NCBI GenBank assembly: GCA_963719945.1
Contig: CAVRDX010000002.1
Coordinates: forward strand, 32,001 to 96,000
Origin: an uncultured Thermoplasmata archaeon
GTDB lineage: Archaea; Thermoplasmatota; Thermoplasmata; UBA10834
DNA: 64,000 nt
Direction: 5' to 3'
Shown: piece by piece, positions 18,367-28,144 of the stretch
How the letters are laid out: the number at the start of each line of letters is the position of its first letter
How positions within the stretch are numbered: the stretch's first letter is position 1
Position numbers and translations under genes: made by a program
Notes under the pieces: generated by a model
What the model was told of the DNA's origin: nothing
Seen by the model: only the letters and a program-made list of their open reading frames with translations
Databases searched by the model: none

Positions 18367-20034
18367 ATGATCCGTCCCGCACTGATGTCATGTTCCATCG
18401 TCATGATACTCGTCCTTGCCATAGGCATAAGCGCTTGTCCGTTCTCCAATTCGGCCGATGCAGCGGCGACATACAGCTTCAGTGTCGAGTATGAGCGCTT
18501 GGATGTCTTCGTGCTCAAGGACGGGAGTATCGACATAGACTACTCATTCGGAATGACGAACTTCGGATATCTTGATGGAGTCGACATAGGCCTGCCCAAC
18601 AAGTACTATGACCTAGACTCGGCCGAAGCCACGATCATTGTGAACGATCAGGAGTACGCTCCCGCTCTGATACACAAATCACCTTACGTGGAAATCGGAG
18701 TGGCCGTCGAGTTCACGAGCACAGTGATGGCGTTGATCGACACATATGGCACATCATTCCAGCTGGATTTCCATATCAACAACCCGCATATGGTGTACGA
18801 GAACGAGCTCGTGGAAGGCACTGTCGGCATAGCAATGAGACCGACCTGGTTCGGCGACGCGTATCAGGTGGGTCCGACCGAGGAGCTCACTGCGAGGGTG
18901 TTCTTCCCCGATGGATTCGTGAACGTCACCGATGCCGTCTACCTCGAAGGGCAACCATGGAACGAGATAGGGATCGACCCCGGGACAGGGCTATTGGTCG
19001 CCACATGGACCGCGTCGAATGCCTATCCCGCGGGCATCGCGTCTGGCGAATTCGATTTCGGCGCGGGGTTCCCTGCAGAGTTCGTGGACAGTTATGTGCG
19101 CCATACGGTCTGGAACTCGATCGCGGACTTCTTCGCCTCACTCTTGGAACTGGTCTGCCTCTGCATACCCATCATAGCCCTTGGGGGATTCATATTCCTC
19201 ATATACATGATTGACAGGGCCAGCAAGGCCGCGAAGAGGAAGGATTACTTCAATCCGGCCATGGGAGTCGTCGGCTCGGGCCCACGGAGGGACCTCACCG
19301 CAGTAGAAGCTGCAATCGTACTCGAGAGACCTCTCGAGATGGTGGCGACCATGATACTCTTCGGATTGGTGAAGAAGGGTATGGTGAGGATAGACTCGGA
19401 TCAGAGACCGATGAAGCTGACGAAACTAGGAGCCGAGGGGGAACACACCTACGAGACCGACTACCTCAGGGGGATCGGTCCCGATGGTCAGCTGGATCGC
19501 ACACAGCTGGAGGTGACCCTTGTCGACCTGATAAAGAGGACCGAGACGAAGCTCGATGGCTTCAACTATAGACACACCAAGAATTACTATCAGGAGATAT
19601 GCTCCGCCGCGTGGAAACAGGTCAAGGATGCTGGAACCCCCGAGGAGTTCGCATCGGTCCTTTCCGACAAGCACGAGTGGATGATGCTCGACAATCACTA
19701 CGAGACGCAGATGCGACACTATTTCTTCGCCATGCCATACGTCTACGTGCCCATGACGCACTCCGTTTACGAACACACTATGCCGACAGCACAAGTGTCT
19801 CCCCAGCAGCTTGCATCCAACTACGCTACGAGCGTCAAGAACGCGAGCAACAACGTTGTCTCGAATTTCAAGTCTCTGGCATATGATATAGCTGGAAAGA
19901 CGAACCCCGTGACGACGTCCACGGGTTCGGGTTCTGGTTCGTACCTCAAAGGTGGCGGCGGATTCGGTGGATTCGGAGGAGGATGCGCGTGTGCATGTGC
20001 ATGCGCATGTGCCTGCGCTGGGGGTGGAAGATGA
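18367..20034 (+). CDS. DUF2207-like single-pass membrane protein with C-terminal Gly-rich/(Cys-Ala)6 tail; putative radical SAM substrate
   Basis: Signal peptide; ERLDVFVLKDGSIDIDYSF N-domain; TM followed by KAAKRK; ATMILFGLVKKG.V.I motif; ends GGGGFGGFGGGCACACACACACAGGGR. Confidence 0.8.
   Translation: MIRPALMSCSIVMILVLAIGISACPFSNSADAAATYSFSVEYERLDVFVLKDGSIDIDYSFGMTNFGYLDGVDIGLPNKYYDLDSAEATIIVNDQEYAPALIHKSPYVEIGVAVEFTSTVMALIDTYGTSFQLDFHINNPHMVYENELVEGTVGIAMRPTWFGDAYQVGPTEELTARVFFPDGFVNVTDAVYLEGQPWNEIGIDPGTGLLVATWTASNAYPAGIASGEFDFGAGFPAEFVDSYVRHTVWNSIADFFASLLELVCLCIPIIALGGFIFLIYMIDRASKAAKRKDYFNPAMGVVGSGPRRDLTAVEAAIVLERPLEMVATMILFGLVKKGMVRIDSDQRPMKLTKLGAEGEHTYETDYLRGIGPDGQLDRTQLEVTLVDLIKRTETKLDGFNYRHTKNYYQEICSAAWKQVKDAGTPEEFASVLSDKHEWMMLDNHYETQMRHYFFAMPYVYVPMTHSVYEHTMPTAQVSPQQLASNYATSVKNASNNVVSNFKSLAYDIAGKTNPVTTSTGSGSGSYLKGGGGFGGFGGGCACACACACACAGGGR
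19984..20019 (+). repeat. Coding (Cys-Ala)x6 dipeptide repeat
   Basis: TGC GCG TGT GCA TGT GCA TGC GCA TGT GCC TGC GCT: six CA units with varied synonymous codons. Confidence 0.9.
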
Positions 20035-21383
20035 TGCCATTCAGACTCCTTGCCTATTCACCTGAAGAACTAGGCCTCAAGCCCGGCACGTACAAGTACG
20101 ACGGACCTGGCGACCTCGCTCGTCACCGATTCCATATCAGGGTGGACAGTCAGACGAAGGGCGTGCTGATGGTGGACGCGTCGAAGCTGATCTTCCTGAA
20201 CGGTACTGCTCTCGACTACGTGAGATGCATACTCGAGGGGAAGGACGCGGACCGAACATATGCCTACATGAAACGTAGATACAAGGGTCTCAAGAAGGCC
20301 GCCGCCAGGGAAGACTATAGGTCCACCAGGGAGAGGCTTACTCGATTCGTCAAGGGCGAAGAGTCAGTCATGGACGTCATGGGACCCAACGCACCCGCAA
20401 TCGGTGCGGATGAGATGCCATCGCCATACAGGATGGACCTTGCGCTCACATACCGATGCCAGAACGACTGCGGACACTGCTACAACGCAACCAAGGAGAA
20501 GAAGGAGCTTTCGGTGAAGGAGTGGATCACCATCATAGACAAGCTCTGGGACGCAGGCATACCGCACATAGTATTCACCGGGGGAGAGCCGACCCTGTAC
20601 GACGGCCTAGATGAGCTGATAGCTCATTCTGAACTCCACGGACAGATCACAGGACTCATCTCGAACGGCCGGAGCCTCGGAAAGCCGGGCTACCTGAGTT
20701 CTCTCGTGTCCAAGGGGTTGGACCATGTCCAGATCACGGTGCTCTCGCACGAGCGAGAGACACACGATCGATTGGCAGGTGCCAAGGGCGCGTGGCAGGA
20801 GACGATCGCGGGATTGAAGGCTGCGATCGCCGAGGACATGTATGTCAGCACCAACACGACAATCATGAGATCCAATTACGCGCACGTCAAGGAGACCATG
20901 AGGTTCCTCGTCGGCCTCGGTGTGAAGAATATCGCGTTCAACAGCATCATACGGTCCGGAAAGGGCGTGCAGGCAGAAGGCGTGACATATCAAGAATTAT
21001 CATCGCTTCTGGAGGAACTCAGAGGTATAGCCTCTGAGACGGGGACGAAACTGATATGGTATTCTCCCACACCGTACTGCGAACTCAATCCGGTGAACAT
21101 GGGCCTGGGCATCAAGCAATGCACCGCCTGTTCACTGAACATGGCGGTCGAGCCCGACGGGACTGTGCTACCATGCCAGAGCTATTACGAACCTCTCGGG
21201 GACATGCTCAAGGATGATTGGTCCACCATATGGGGACATCCGCAATGCGAGCGCATCAGGAAGAGGGAGTATGTCGACGAGAAGTGCGGGAAGTGCGAGA
21301 TGCTTCAGCTGTGCGGAGGCGGATGCCCGCTTTCTGCGGCTCACGGAGACTATGTGTGCCAGGACAGATACTCATCTATGTGA
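20031..21383 (+). CDS. Radical SAM/SPASM peptide-maturase-like enzyme with N-terminal PqqD/RRE-like domain
   Basis: CQNDCGHC, FTGGEP, SPASM motifs C..C...PDG.V.PC and CGKCEMLQLCGGGC (Cx2Cx5Cx3C); N-terminal strands then IFLNGTA and helices resembling an RRE; ATGA overlap with the upstream stop. Confidence 0.88.
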   Translation: MMPFRLLAYSPEELGLKPGTYKYDGPGDLARHRFHIRVDSQTKGVLMVDASKLIFLNGTALDYVRCILEGKDADRTYAYMKRRYKGLKKAAAREDYRSTRERLTRFVKGEESVMDVMGPNAPAIGADEMPSPYRMDLALTYRCQNDCGHCYNATKEKKELSVKEWITIIDKLWDAGIPHIVFTGGEPTLYDGLDELIAHSELHGQITGLISNGRSLGKPGYLSSLVSKGLDHVQITVLSHERETHDRLAGAKGAWQETIAGLKAAIAEDMYVSTNTTIMRSNYAHVKETMRFLVGLGVKNIAFNSIIRSGKGVQAEGVTYQELSSLLEELRGIASETGTKLIWYSPTPYCELNPVNMGLGIKQCTACSLNMAVEPDGTVLPCQSYYEPLGDMLKDDWSTIWGHPQCERIRKREYVDEKCGKCEMLQLCGGGCPLSAAHGDYVCQDRYSSM

Positions 21384-22154
21384 GTCGGGTTTCTTGGCGA
21401 ACGCATGGAACACGGGGTTGAACTGGAACAAAGAGCCATCTTTTAGCGCGCGTTCCCAGATGGGCCGCAGCTCTGCAAGCCGTTCCTTGCCCTCAACGTT
21501 CTGAGCAGTCAGTTCCAGGTACCTCCATTCGGCCTCTGACTCTGCCCTCAGCTTGTCGATCCCCCATACACCTGGATGTACTCCGACCTCTGCTTCGAGG
21601 TGGCACGCTTCGAAGATGGCCCTCAACTTCCGACCGATCAGAGGATCGCCTCCTTCGGCCCTTATGCCGTCTTCAGCTATCCTGCCAAGTGGGGAGAGCT
21701 CCTGAGGGAAGTCGATCCGAGCGCCAAGGTCCGGCTCCGCAAGACACACGACCCAATGCCTGGAAATGCGAACCATCTCCGACAGAACCCTCACGGGATC
21801 GTCGACCCACAGCATAACGAAAGAGCAATAGGCCATATCGAAGGAGTCATCCTTGAAAGGCAGCGAGTGCGCATCCCCTTCTCTCACCTCTAGACCCCTG
21901 CGTCTGCCCTCGGCAACGGCTGCTGGGTCGATGTCTATTCCCTGCACATCGAACATCGGAGCTAGCAATTCCATTACGAATCCTGGCCCGCATCCGACAT
22001 CCAGAGCGGTCGGTCGCCTTTGCCCATTCCAATTGCTCAGCACCCGCTGCTCAAGTAGCCAGGTCCATGAATCCCTGAGCCAGAGTGATTGCCTCGAGAG
22101 CTGTCTATCCATATCCTTCGCAGACCAGGGCATCGAACATGAAGAGGCGTCCAT
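21372..22154 (-). CDS. Class I SAM-dependent methyltransferase
   Basis: ALDVGCGPG, GIDID, GDAHSLPFKDDSFD; start uncertain (22133, 22154 or 22259). Confidence 0.88.
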   Translation of the reverse strand: MDASSCSMPWSAKDMDRQLSRQSLWLRDSWTWLLEQRVLSNWNGQRRPTALDVGCGPGFVMELLAPMFDVQGIDIDPAAVAEGRRRGLEVREGDAHSLPFKDDSFDMAYCSFVMLWVDDPVRVLSEMVRISRHWVVCLAEPDLGARIDFPQELSPLGRIAEDGIRAEGGDPLIGRKLRAIFEACHLEAEVGVHPGVWGIDKLRAESEAEWRYLELTAQNVEGKERLAELRPIWERALKDGSLFQFNPVFHAFAKKPDSHR

Positions 22155-22291
22155 GAGAGAAATCCTTTGTGGCAATCCTGGCCTATCGAACCGGTCCATC
22201 TTATGATGGGAGACATCCATCTTGGTAGATGCAGAAGACCTGTCCGTGACAAAATCCATAACGATGGATAGGCATGCGAAAGCTGAGAGGA

Positions 22292-22495
22292 ATGACGATG
22301 AAGTGCAATAACTGCGGCTCAGAGAACCCTGAGGACCATAAATTCTGCGGCGACTGCGGCAAAGAACTGCCGGTAGCCTCTGTGGCCGATGATGATAATT
22401 CTATGAGAAAATGTAGTTCTTGTGGCCGCACTCTGACCGAGGAGACCAATGTCTGCCCATACTGCGGACGATGGGTGAAACGGTCCATGTTCTAG
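22292..22495 (+). CDS. Double zinc-ribbon protein
   Basis: CNNCG..FCGDCG and CSSCG..CPYCG. Confidence 0.75.
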   Translation: MTMKCNNCGSENPEDHKFCGDCGKELPVASVADDDNSMRKCSSCGRTLTEETNVCPYCGRWVKRSMF

Positions 22496-22706
22496 ATGTC
22501 ACCCTGGATGAAGGTGTGGGATAGAGCCGCGTAGGGAAAATATCCTCTTTTGGACGATATCGTGAACTGTATGATCGATTCCGGCATGCAGTTAGGACAA
22601 CCGGACTCGATGTCGGAATGCTTCACGAATAACATCTATGCTTGAACTTGGACTTACGTGGTCACTTAGCCGATCAATGGCGAGGATGAGCTAGATCGAC
22701 TCTTCC

Positions 22707-23828
22707 TCAGGCTGCGACCTCGATCGTGCACGATGATATCCCACCGATCAGATCCTCGTAGTCGTAGGCGGGATAGTCCTTCCAGACATCCAATGATCCC
22801 GAGACCAGGCCACTTGCAGTAATATCTAAACTGTAAGTCCCTTCATTCTTGCAGGCGCAGACTTCCCAAGTGAGCAGGACGGTATCGCCTGCGCTGAATG
22901 TCTCGAGGTCTGTCAGGTCAGGTGCCTTGCACACCTTGAGTCCGGATGATGCCTCCATGACCGCGCTGAAGCTCTCGGCAGGGAATGTCGGGAACTTATC
23001 CGATCCGAATGGTGCGAGGCACGGGTATGTAATCTCCGCCGTCACCTTGAACTTCTCACCTGGCAGGACGATCGATGGAGCTGTGATGTCTATCTCCCAT
23101 GGCGTGACGAACACTCCGCCGTACATCATGCCCGGAACGTTCCATCTCGTCGTATCGCAAGTCCAAGTATCCAAGAAGTCCGCATATTTCCACTTGATCG
23201 GCTCGAACTCAGAGTCCCATGCATTCGGGTTCGCGCTCTGCGAGGTCGAGCCCTGATAATCGTGGTCGTTCTTGAACTCCCTCGACCAGCCGTCATTGAT
23301 CAGCAGGACCCCTTCGGAGTCATCGTAGCCCACGACGACACGGTAGTGGTCCCCTGAGTACCATTCTGGAAGCCAATATACGAGCACGATCACGGGATAC
23401 CCTTGGTCGAGTATCTCCTTCATCTCATTCAGCCAGGGCTCATCGGATGCATAGTAGAATCCCGCGTATCCCATGTCCCTGGCGGTATAGCCAGTTACGA
23501 CAGAGTTCGGCCATCTCGCGCCCATGGTCGGGCTCATCGAGCTGAACTGAGCCGCTCGTGCCATATCCGGAAGTGCAGTACCTCCGCTCCTAGCCGCATT
23601 GTATATCTCTCTCTGATCCACGAACTCGCCGTAGTAGTCAAACACCATCTGCAACGATACTGCGCCGCAGCCCTTCGCGTCTATCTGTTGATAGAGCGGG
23701 ACACCGTCGATGAATGCGCTCCCAGACAGGGCTTGAGTTCCTGAGACGGGAAGCACCATCATAGCCACGATGCAGACACACACGCTCGAGATAAGAAATC
23801 GTATACGCCCAACCAGACTCGTCCTCAT
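22707..23828 (-). CDS. Secreted peptidase C39-like (papain-fold) protein with C-terminal Ig-like domain
   Basis: Signal peptide; VPLYQQ...GCGAVSLQMVFDYYG (Cys), DHYRVVVGYDD (His), INDGW (Asp). Confidence 0.8.
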   Translation of the reverse strand: MRTSLVGRIRFLISSVCVCIVAMMVLPVSGTQALSGSAFIDGVPLYQQIDAKGCGAVSLQMVFDYYGEFVDQREIYNAARSGGTALPDMARAAQFSSMSPTMGARWPNSVVTGYTARDMGYAGFYYASDEPWLNEMKEILDQGYPVIVLVYWLPEWYSGDHYRVVVGYDDSEGVLLINDGWSREFKNDHDYQGSTSQSANPNAWDSEFEPIKWKYADFLDTWTCDTTRWNVPGMMYGGVFVTPWEIDITAPSIVLPGEKFKVTAEITYPCLAPFGSDKFPTFPAESFSAVMEASSGLKVCKAPDLTDLETFSAGDTVLLTWEVCACKNEGTYSLDITASGLVSGSLDVWKDYPAYDYEDLIGGISSCTIEVAA

Positions 23829-24072
23829 GCCTTCTCTCCCCCACTGAGCCGGACCCAAGGAATGCCGCTCAGCTTGGGGAGAATCAGACTATCGATTAAT
23901 AACAGATTTGATACAGCGATAGAAATGTCGGCTTGAACGAACTGGAGACTTTTCCAGGGCCATGATTATTCGATTGATACGAACATCGAGAGAAGGCATT
24001 AAACCCTTCAAAACGATTCGTACCCAGCGGCCCTGATTCCAATCAGGGCCGATCGAGAGGAAGTGGGTCAAC

Positions 24073-24819
24073 ATGGGGAATGAGAAAAGCGTAGCGTCTA
24101 TCGATATTCTGAAAAGGAGAAAGTGCACGGCATTCGCAGGCATATGCACCCTGATGATGCTAAGCTGCACAATCGCGGCAATGGCTGCAATGACGCGAGC
24201 GGACACGGAGTTTGAGCTCGCAGAAGGAGAGAACGCAAAACAATGGAGGGCACTGGACGTGTTTGCACTGCCTCCGGCCGATTATTGGGGATGGCATGTG
24301 AGGAAACCCGTGGCCTTGGAATCGACAGGGTTCGAGATCCCGTTCAATGACGTTGCTGGCGGAGAATTCACAGTCTACCTCCGTAACACTTGGGTGGGCG
24401 ACCTGTCGGGAATGATGATCACTGCTACGATATCAATCGAGCAGGATTCGGAGGACAAACCGGTGTTCGTGACTCGCACACTGGAAAAGGAGGCATATGT
24501 GAGACTAGGGTTCCAGACGACTTCTGGAAGCTGGGACACCTTCACCTACTGGTGGTCCTATGCCTGCATCAAGCTCGATGATCTTGTAGGAAACACTCTC
24601 ACCTTGAGTGTTCCGCTGAATGACGGGGCGCTCTGGCAATGCATCAATGGAGGCTGGACGGGAAACGCATACCCAGATGAGTTCGCAGCATCCTTGGCAG
24701 ATGTCCAGGAGATAGGCTTCACCTTCGGATGGCTTGGCAGCTGGGCCAGTGGTACTGCACTTGAGCAGGGAGCGGCGACTTTCATCGTGGATAGCTATAG
24801 CATCTCGCCAACCGAATAA
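24073..24819 (+). CDS. Secreted hypothetical protein
   Basis: Signal peptide; acidic Trp-rich beta-type body. Confidence 0.65.
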   Translation: MGNEKSVASIDILKRRKCTAFAGICTLMMLSCTIAAMAAMTRADTEFELAEGENAKQWRALDVFALPPADYWGWHVRKPVALESTGFEIPFNDVAGGEFTVYLRNTWVGDLSGMMITATISIEQDSEDKPVFVTRTLEKEAYVRLGFQTTSGSWDTFTYWWSYACIKLDDLVGNTLTLSVPLNDGALWQCINGGWTGNAYPDEFAASLADVQEIGFTFGWLGSWASGTALEQGAATFIVDSYSISPTE

Positions 24820-25000
24820 TCATCCATTTGAGAGAGCTCTTCATGAAAGAAGCGAACTGCAAGCTCGCATTCAATGGCGAGCTACGATGAGAGCGGTAGC
24901 TTTGAATGACCTCGGATAGTCCTCCCCATGACGCAGTCAGAAACATATTGATGCGATCAATACGCCTGGAACTCGAGCTGGGACGGCACTGAATCAGCGC

Positions 25001-25492
25001 TCAAGTCGATATGATCACTTCATGCGACCTCTTCCCGGTCATCAGGTCGATATCGATGCGGCCGATGTTGACTTTCCTGAGCGAATCATCCGTGATCTGC
25101 TCCAGGATGATCTTCTCAGGATCGCGCTCATTCTTGTGTATCATGGTCATCAGCGCATGACGCTTCTCTTCGAGGTCATCCACAAACGTCACCCTACCTC
25201 TGAACTGAGTCGTCTCGTACAGGTGGTCGCAGCTGCCATCGACGTAGCCGAGGTCCATAAGCGCCTGGCCCCAGACTCTGCCGTCGCGCCTGAGCGCATC
25301 GATCTTCCTGCCAGTCTGTGCGCAGTGGAAGAAGATGGCGTTTCTTTCCTTGTCATACCCATGAGTCAATGTTGCGAGGTATGGCCCGTCCTCATCGCAC
25401 ATGGCCATCGTGATGTACTTGGCCTCGAGAAGAACCCTGACCAGCTCCCCCTTGTCAGTGACCTCCTTCTCTCTGCGCCTCACGCTTCTCAA
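25001..25492 (-). CDS. Pyridoxamine 5'-phosphate oxidase family protein (NimA/NimC-like)
   Basis: RRREKE, DGPY, IFFHCAQTGRKID, MTGK motifs. Confidence 0.85.
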   Translation of the reverse strand: MRSVRRREKEVTDKGELVRVLLEAKYITMAMCDEDGPYLATLTHGYDKERNAIFFHCAQTGRKIDALRRDGRVWGQALMDLGYVDGSCDHLYETTQFRGRVTFVDDLEEKRHALMTMIHKNERDPEKIILEQITDDSLRKVNIGRIDIDLMTGKRSHEVIIST

Positions 25493-25730
25493 GGAACATA
25501 TCCCCCCTTTGCCAAAGAGAATCGCATTAGGTTCTAGGTAATCCTTTCCTCGGCTCATCGAGATGGCATGAATATGCCCGCCCAATATCTGACACATGCG
25601 CGATTGCATCTGATGACAGATAGAGAAACATTAAGGACCTTGCTCGACTTTGGGAGGAACATCAAGGCCAATCGTATTGACTGAGACACATGAACAGATC
25701 CCATTCTGTCAACTGCTGAGAGTGAATCTA

Positions 25731-26382
25731 ATGAATCTGAGAGAATTATTGTATTTCTTTGAGGAAGATGAACTGAGGGATACACTTGATGAGTTCGGTC
25801 TCCCGACAGAAGGAGAGAAAGCAGAGCTCATAGGCAGGATCCTGGATGAACCGCATATCGGAATCAGAACCTCGATGGGTCAATCTATTCGAACGTCCTG
25901 AATCGCTAGGTCGCCTGAGGTTGAAGCTTGCCTGCAGATTGGCAGGATTGCCGTCCGAAGGAACGACCAACAGCATGTTGAGTCGATTGGTGGAACACAT
26001 GATAGAAGGGGATTGGAGAGCCACTGCGAGAAAGGCTTATTCGATTCAGCCATCGGTCAGGAATCCGGAAGCCTTCAGACAGTTCCTGCAATCACTCAAA
26101 TTATCACAATTGCAGACGATCGCTGAATATTTTGACATCGATCCAGCGCTCAATAGAGGGAAACTCGAGAAAGTACTTCGCCTGAAATCGGAGAAGGCCT
26201 CTTCGATGGACGTGTATACCGTTTGGTATCTCCTGGAGAGCATCATTGCATTGCACAAGACTTCTCTTCAGTCGATCTGCAGAGGAATGCAGATCGATAG
26301 CGAGGGGTGCATGCATGAACTCCAAGACAGAATTCTTGACGAGATATGGGAGATACGGCATCAGGATTCGGACATCGGTTGA
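25731..26382 (+). pseudogene. Tandem SAP/HeH-like repeat protein, apparently split by a +1 frameshift near 25846-25900
   Basis: ORF 25731-25901 (ELRDTLDEFGLPTEGEKAELIGRI) and ORF 25846-26382 (LACRLAGLPSEGTTNSMLSRL; LQSICRGMQIDSEGCMHELQDRI) share the same repeat. Confidence 0.5.
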
Positions 26383-26581
26383 TTCTCCGAAGAGCAGCTC
26401 ACATACACCCAGTCTTGAATCTATTTGATCATGAGGGCAGTGAATTGCAGCATTGAAAAAGAATCAAATAGATGCGACTTTATCCAATGTATAGCAAACA
26501 CATTCGGTGGACCTGGAGGAACAATGGAGAAGCCGAATACATAGATATGAGATATTCCAGGTGATGACTTTGGGTAATAGT

Positions 26582-27298
26582 ATGATAAAGAATTCGATGC
26601 AGGACGAAGGGTCTCGTCCACTTGCATTCCTAGTTGATGGCGATAACTCCTCATTCAAACTCATAGGGGAGATGTTGGACGAGGCATCCAAGCATGGTTC
26701 TGTCAGAGTCAGGCGAGTATACGGGGATTGGACCTCAAAATACATGGAGAACTGGAAGAAATCTCTGCATGAACATGCGCTCAGCCCGATCCAGCAATTC
26801 CCGAACATCCGCGGCAAGAATGCCACGGACAGCGCTCTGATAATAGATGCGATGGATCTTCTGCACGCAGGGATCGTCCAGGGGTTCTGCATAGTCTCAA
26901 GTGACAGCGATTATACAAGACTGGCCACCAGGATCAGAGAAGACGGGTTGTTCGTGATGGCGATAGGTGAGAAGAAGACGCCGGACGCGCTGATGAAAGC
27001 ATGCGATGTCTTCGTTCTGACAGATAACCTGGAGCCAAGAAAGGGATTGAAGGGAAAGGCAGGAGTTCCAAGAGAGCTCATCCTGAAAGCCTTCGATAAT
27101 GTCGAGGATGAAGACGGATATGCGGCCATGGCATCGCTTGGCCAAGCCCTATTGAAGATCGACCCCAGTTTCGATCCCAGGACTTACGGCAAGAGCAAGC
27201 TCGTCTCACTGATCGAGAGCCTATCGGGGGATTTCAAGATCGAGAGAAGGGGAAATCCAGTGACGGGTGCGGTCTTCTTGAGAAGGACGAATAGATAA
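26582..27298 (+). CDS. NYN-domain (LabA/DUF88, PIN-like) protein with C-terminal OST-HTH/LOTUS domain
   Basis: LVDGDN, RVYGDW, GKNATD.AL.IDAMD, VSSDSDY; PSFDPRTYGKSKL. Confidence 0.9.
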   Translation: MIKNSMQDEGSRPLAFLVDGDNSSFKLIGEMLDEASKHGSVRVRRVYGDWTSKYMENWKKSLHEHALSPIQQFPNIRGKNATDSALIIDAMDLLHAGIVQGFCIVSSDSDYTRLATRIREDGLFVMAIGEKKTPDALMKACDVFVLTDNLEPRKGLKGKAGVPRELILKAFDNVEDEDGYAAMASLGQALLKIDPSFDPRTYGKSKLVSLIESLSGDFKIERRGNPVTGAVFLRRTNR

Positions 27299-27381
27299 GC
27301 ATTCCATCATGTGTAAATTGGCCCCACGACACCTCATTGACATGATTGTCTAGTGAAAACCAGAATCATCTCAGGTGATGT

Positions 27382-27945
27382 CTATGGTTCTGATGGCTTC
27401 GTGGAGGGATCTCTTGGCACTGGCTTCGATAGACGCTCCCTCACGGCAAAGTACAGCAGCAAGTTATGGATCGAGAAGATCGCGCTCATCAGCACTGCGA
27501 AGCCGAGCATCAATCTCGCAAACGTCCCTGACACCCAATCGAGCATGAACTCCAACGACCCTGGCAACGGTTCGGCAAAGTGCGCGAAATTGAACGGGAA
27601 CACCACAAGCAGATAGAACTCCGCAACGAAGCAGAAGGCTAACCCACATGCTTCGAACAGCCTGGCAGGGTTCTTCCGACCCGTGAAGAATCTGATTATC
27701 GCGGGCGGTATACCTACTATAAGCATCCCGTAGAGCAGAATAGCAGCGACGGTCCCGAAATCATCTGTCAAGAAACCCGTTGGATTCGTCTCATGGATTG
27801 CGATGAATGCGATGAGGAATAGGAACCCGACGATTGCGAATGGCTGTCCCATCCGTTCTGGGAATGATAGCACATCCGTCTTCGCCTCCTTCTCCGCCCT
27901 GTCCCAGACCCATGGAAACTCGGATGGGTCTTTCCTGACATCCAT
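27382..27945 (-). CDS. Hypothetical membrane protein
   Basis: About 4 TM segments. Confidence 0.65.
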   Translation of the reverse strand: MDVRKDPSEFPWVWDRAEKEAKTDVLSFPERMGQPFAIVGFLFLIAFIAIHETNPTGFLTDDFGTVAAILLYGMLIVGIPPAIIRFFTGRKNPARLFEACGLAFCFVAEFYLLVVFPFNFAHFAEPLPGSLEFMLDWVSGTFARLMLGFAVLMSAIFSIHNLLLYFAVRERLSKPVPRDPSTKPSEP

Positions 27946-28144
27946 GACGATTCTCCGAATAAGAATGGACGACATTCCTAATCAAACCGACAGCTAAGGG
28001 CAGGAAGGTATTGATCAACCACTCATTTGATAAGAAACAGCGTCTCGATCTTGCCAGTTTCAACAATGTACCAGAAACGACTTATCTGCTCCACCCATTC
28101 AGCGTCCTGGTCCGTATTGGTGCGGAAATCGGAGGTCGGAGAAG

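Noticed and set aside
19984-20012. Alternating purine-pyrimidine DNA (Z-DNA-like or microsatellite)
   Set aside because: Explained by Cys-Ala codons; synonymous variation argues against a DNA-level repeat.
19983-20030. N-terminal extension MRVCMCMRMCLRWGWK of the rSAM in the ORF track
   Set aside because: It is the alternative-frame reading of the (CA)6 tail; the ATGA-coupled start at 20031/20034 is more plausible.
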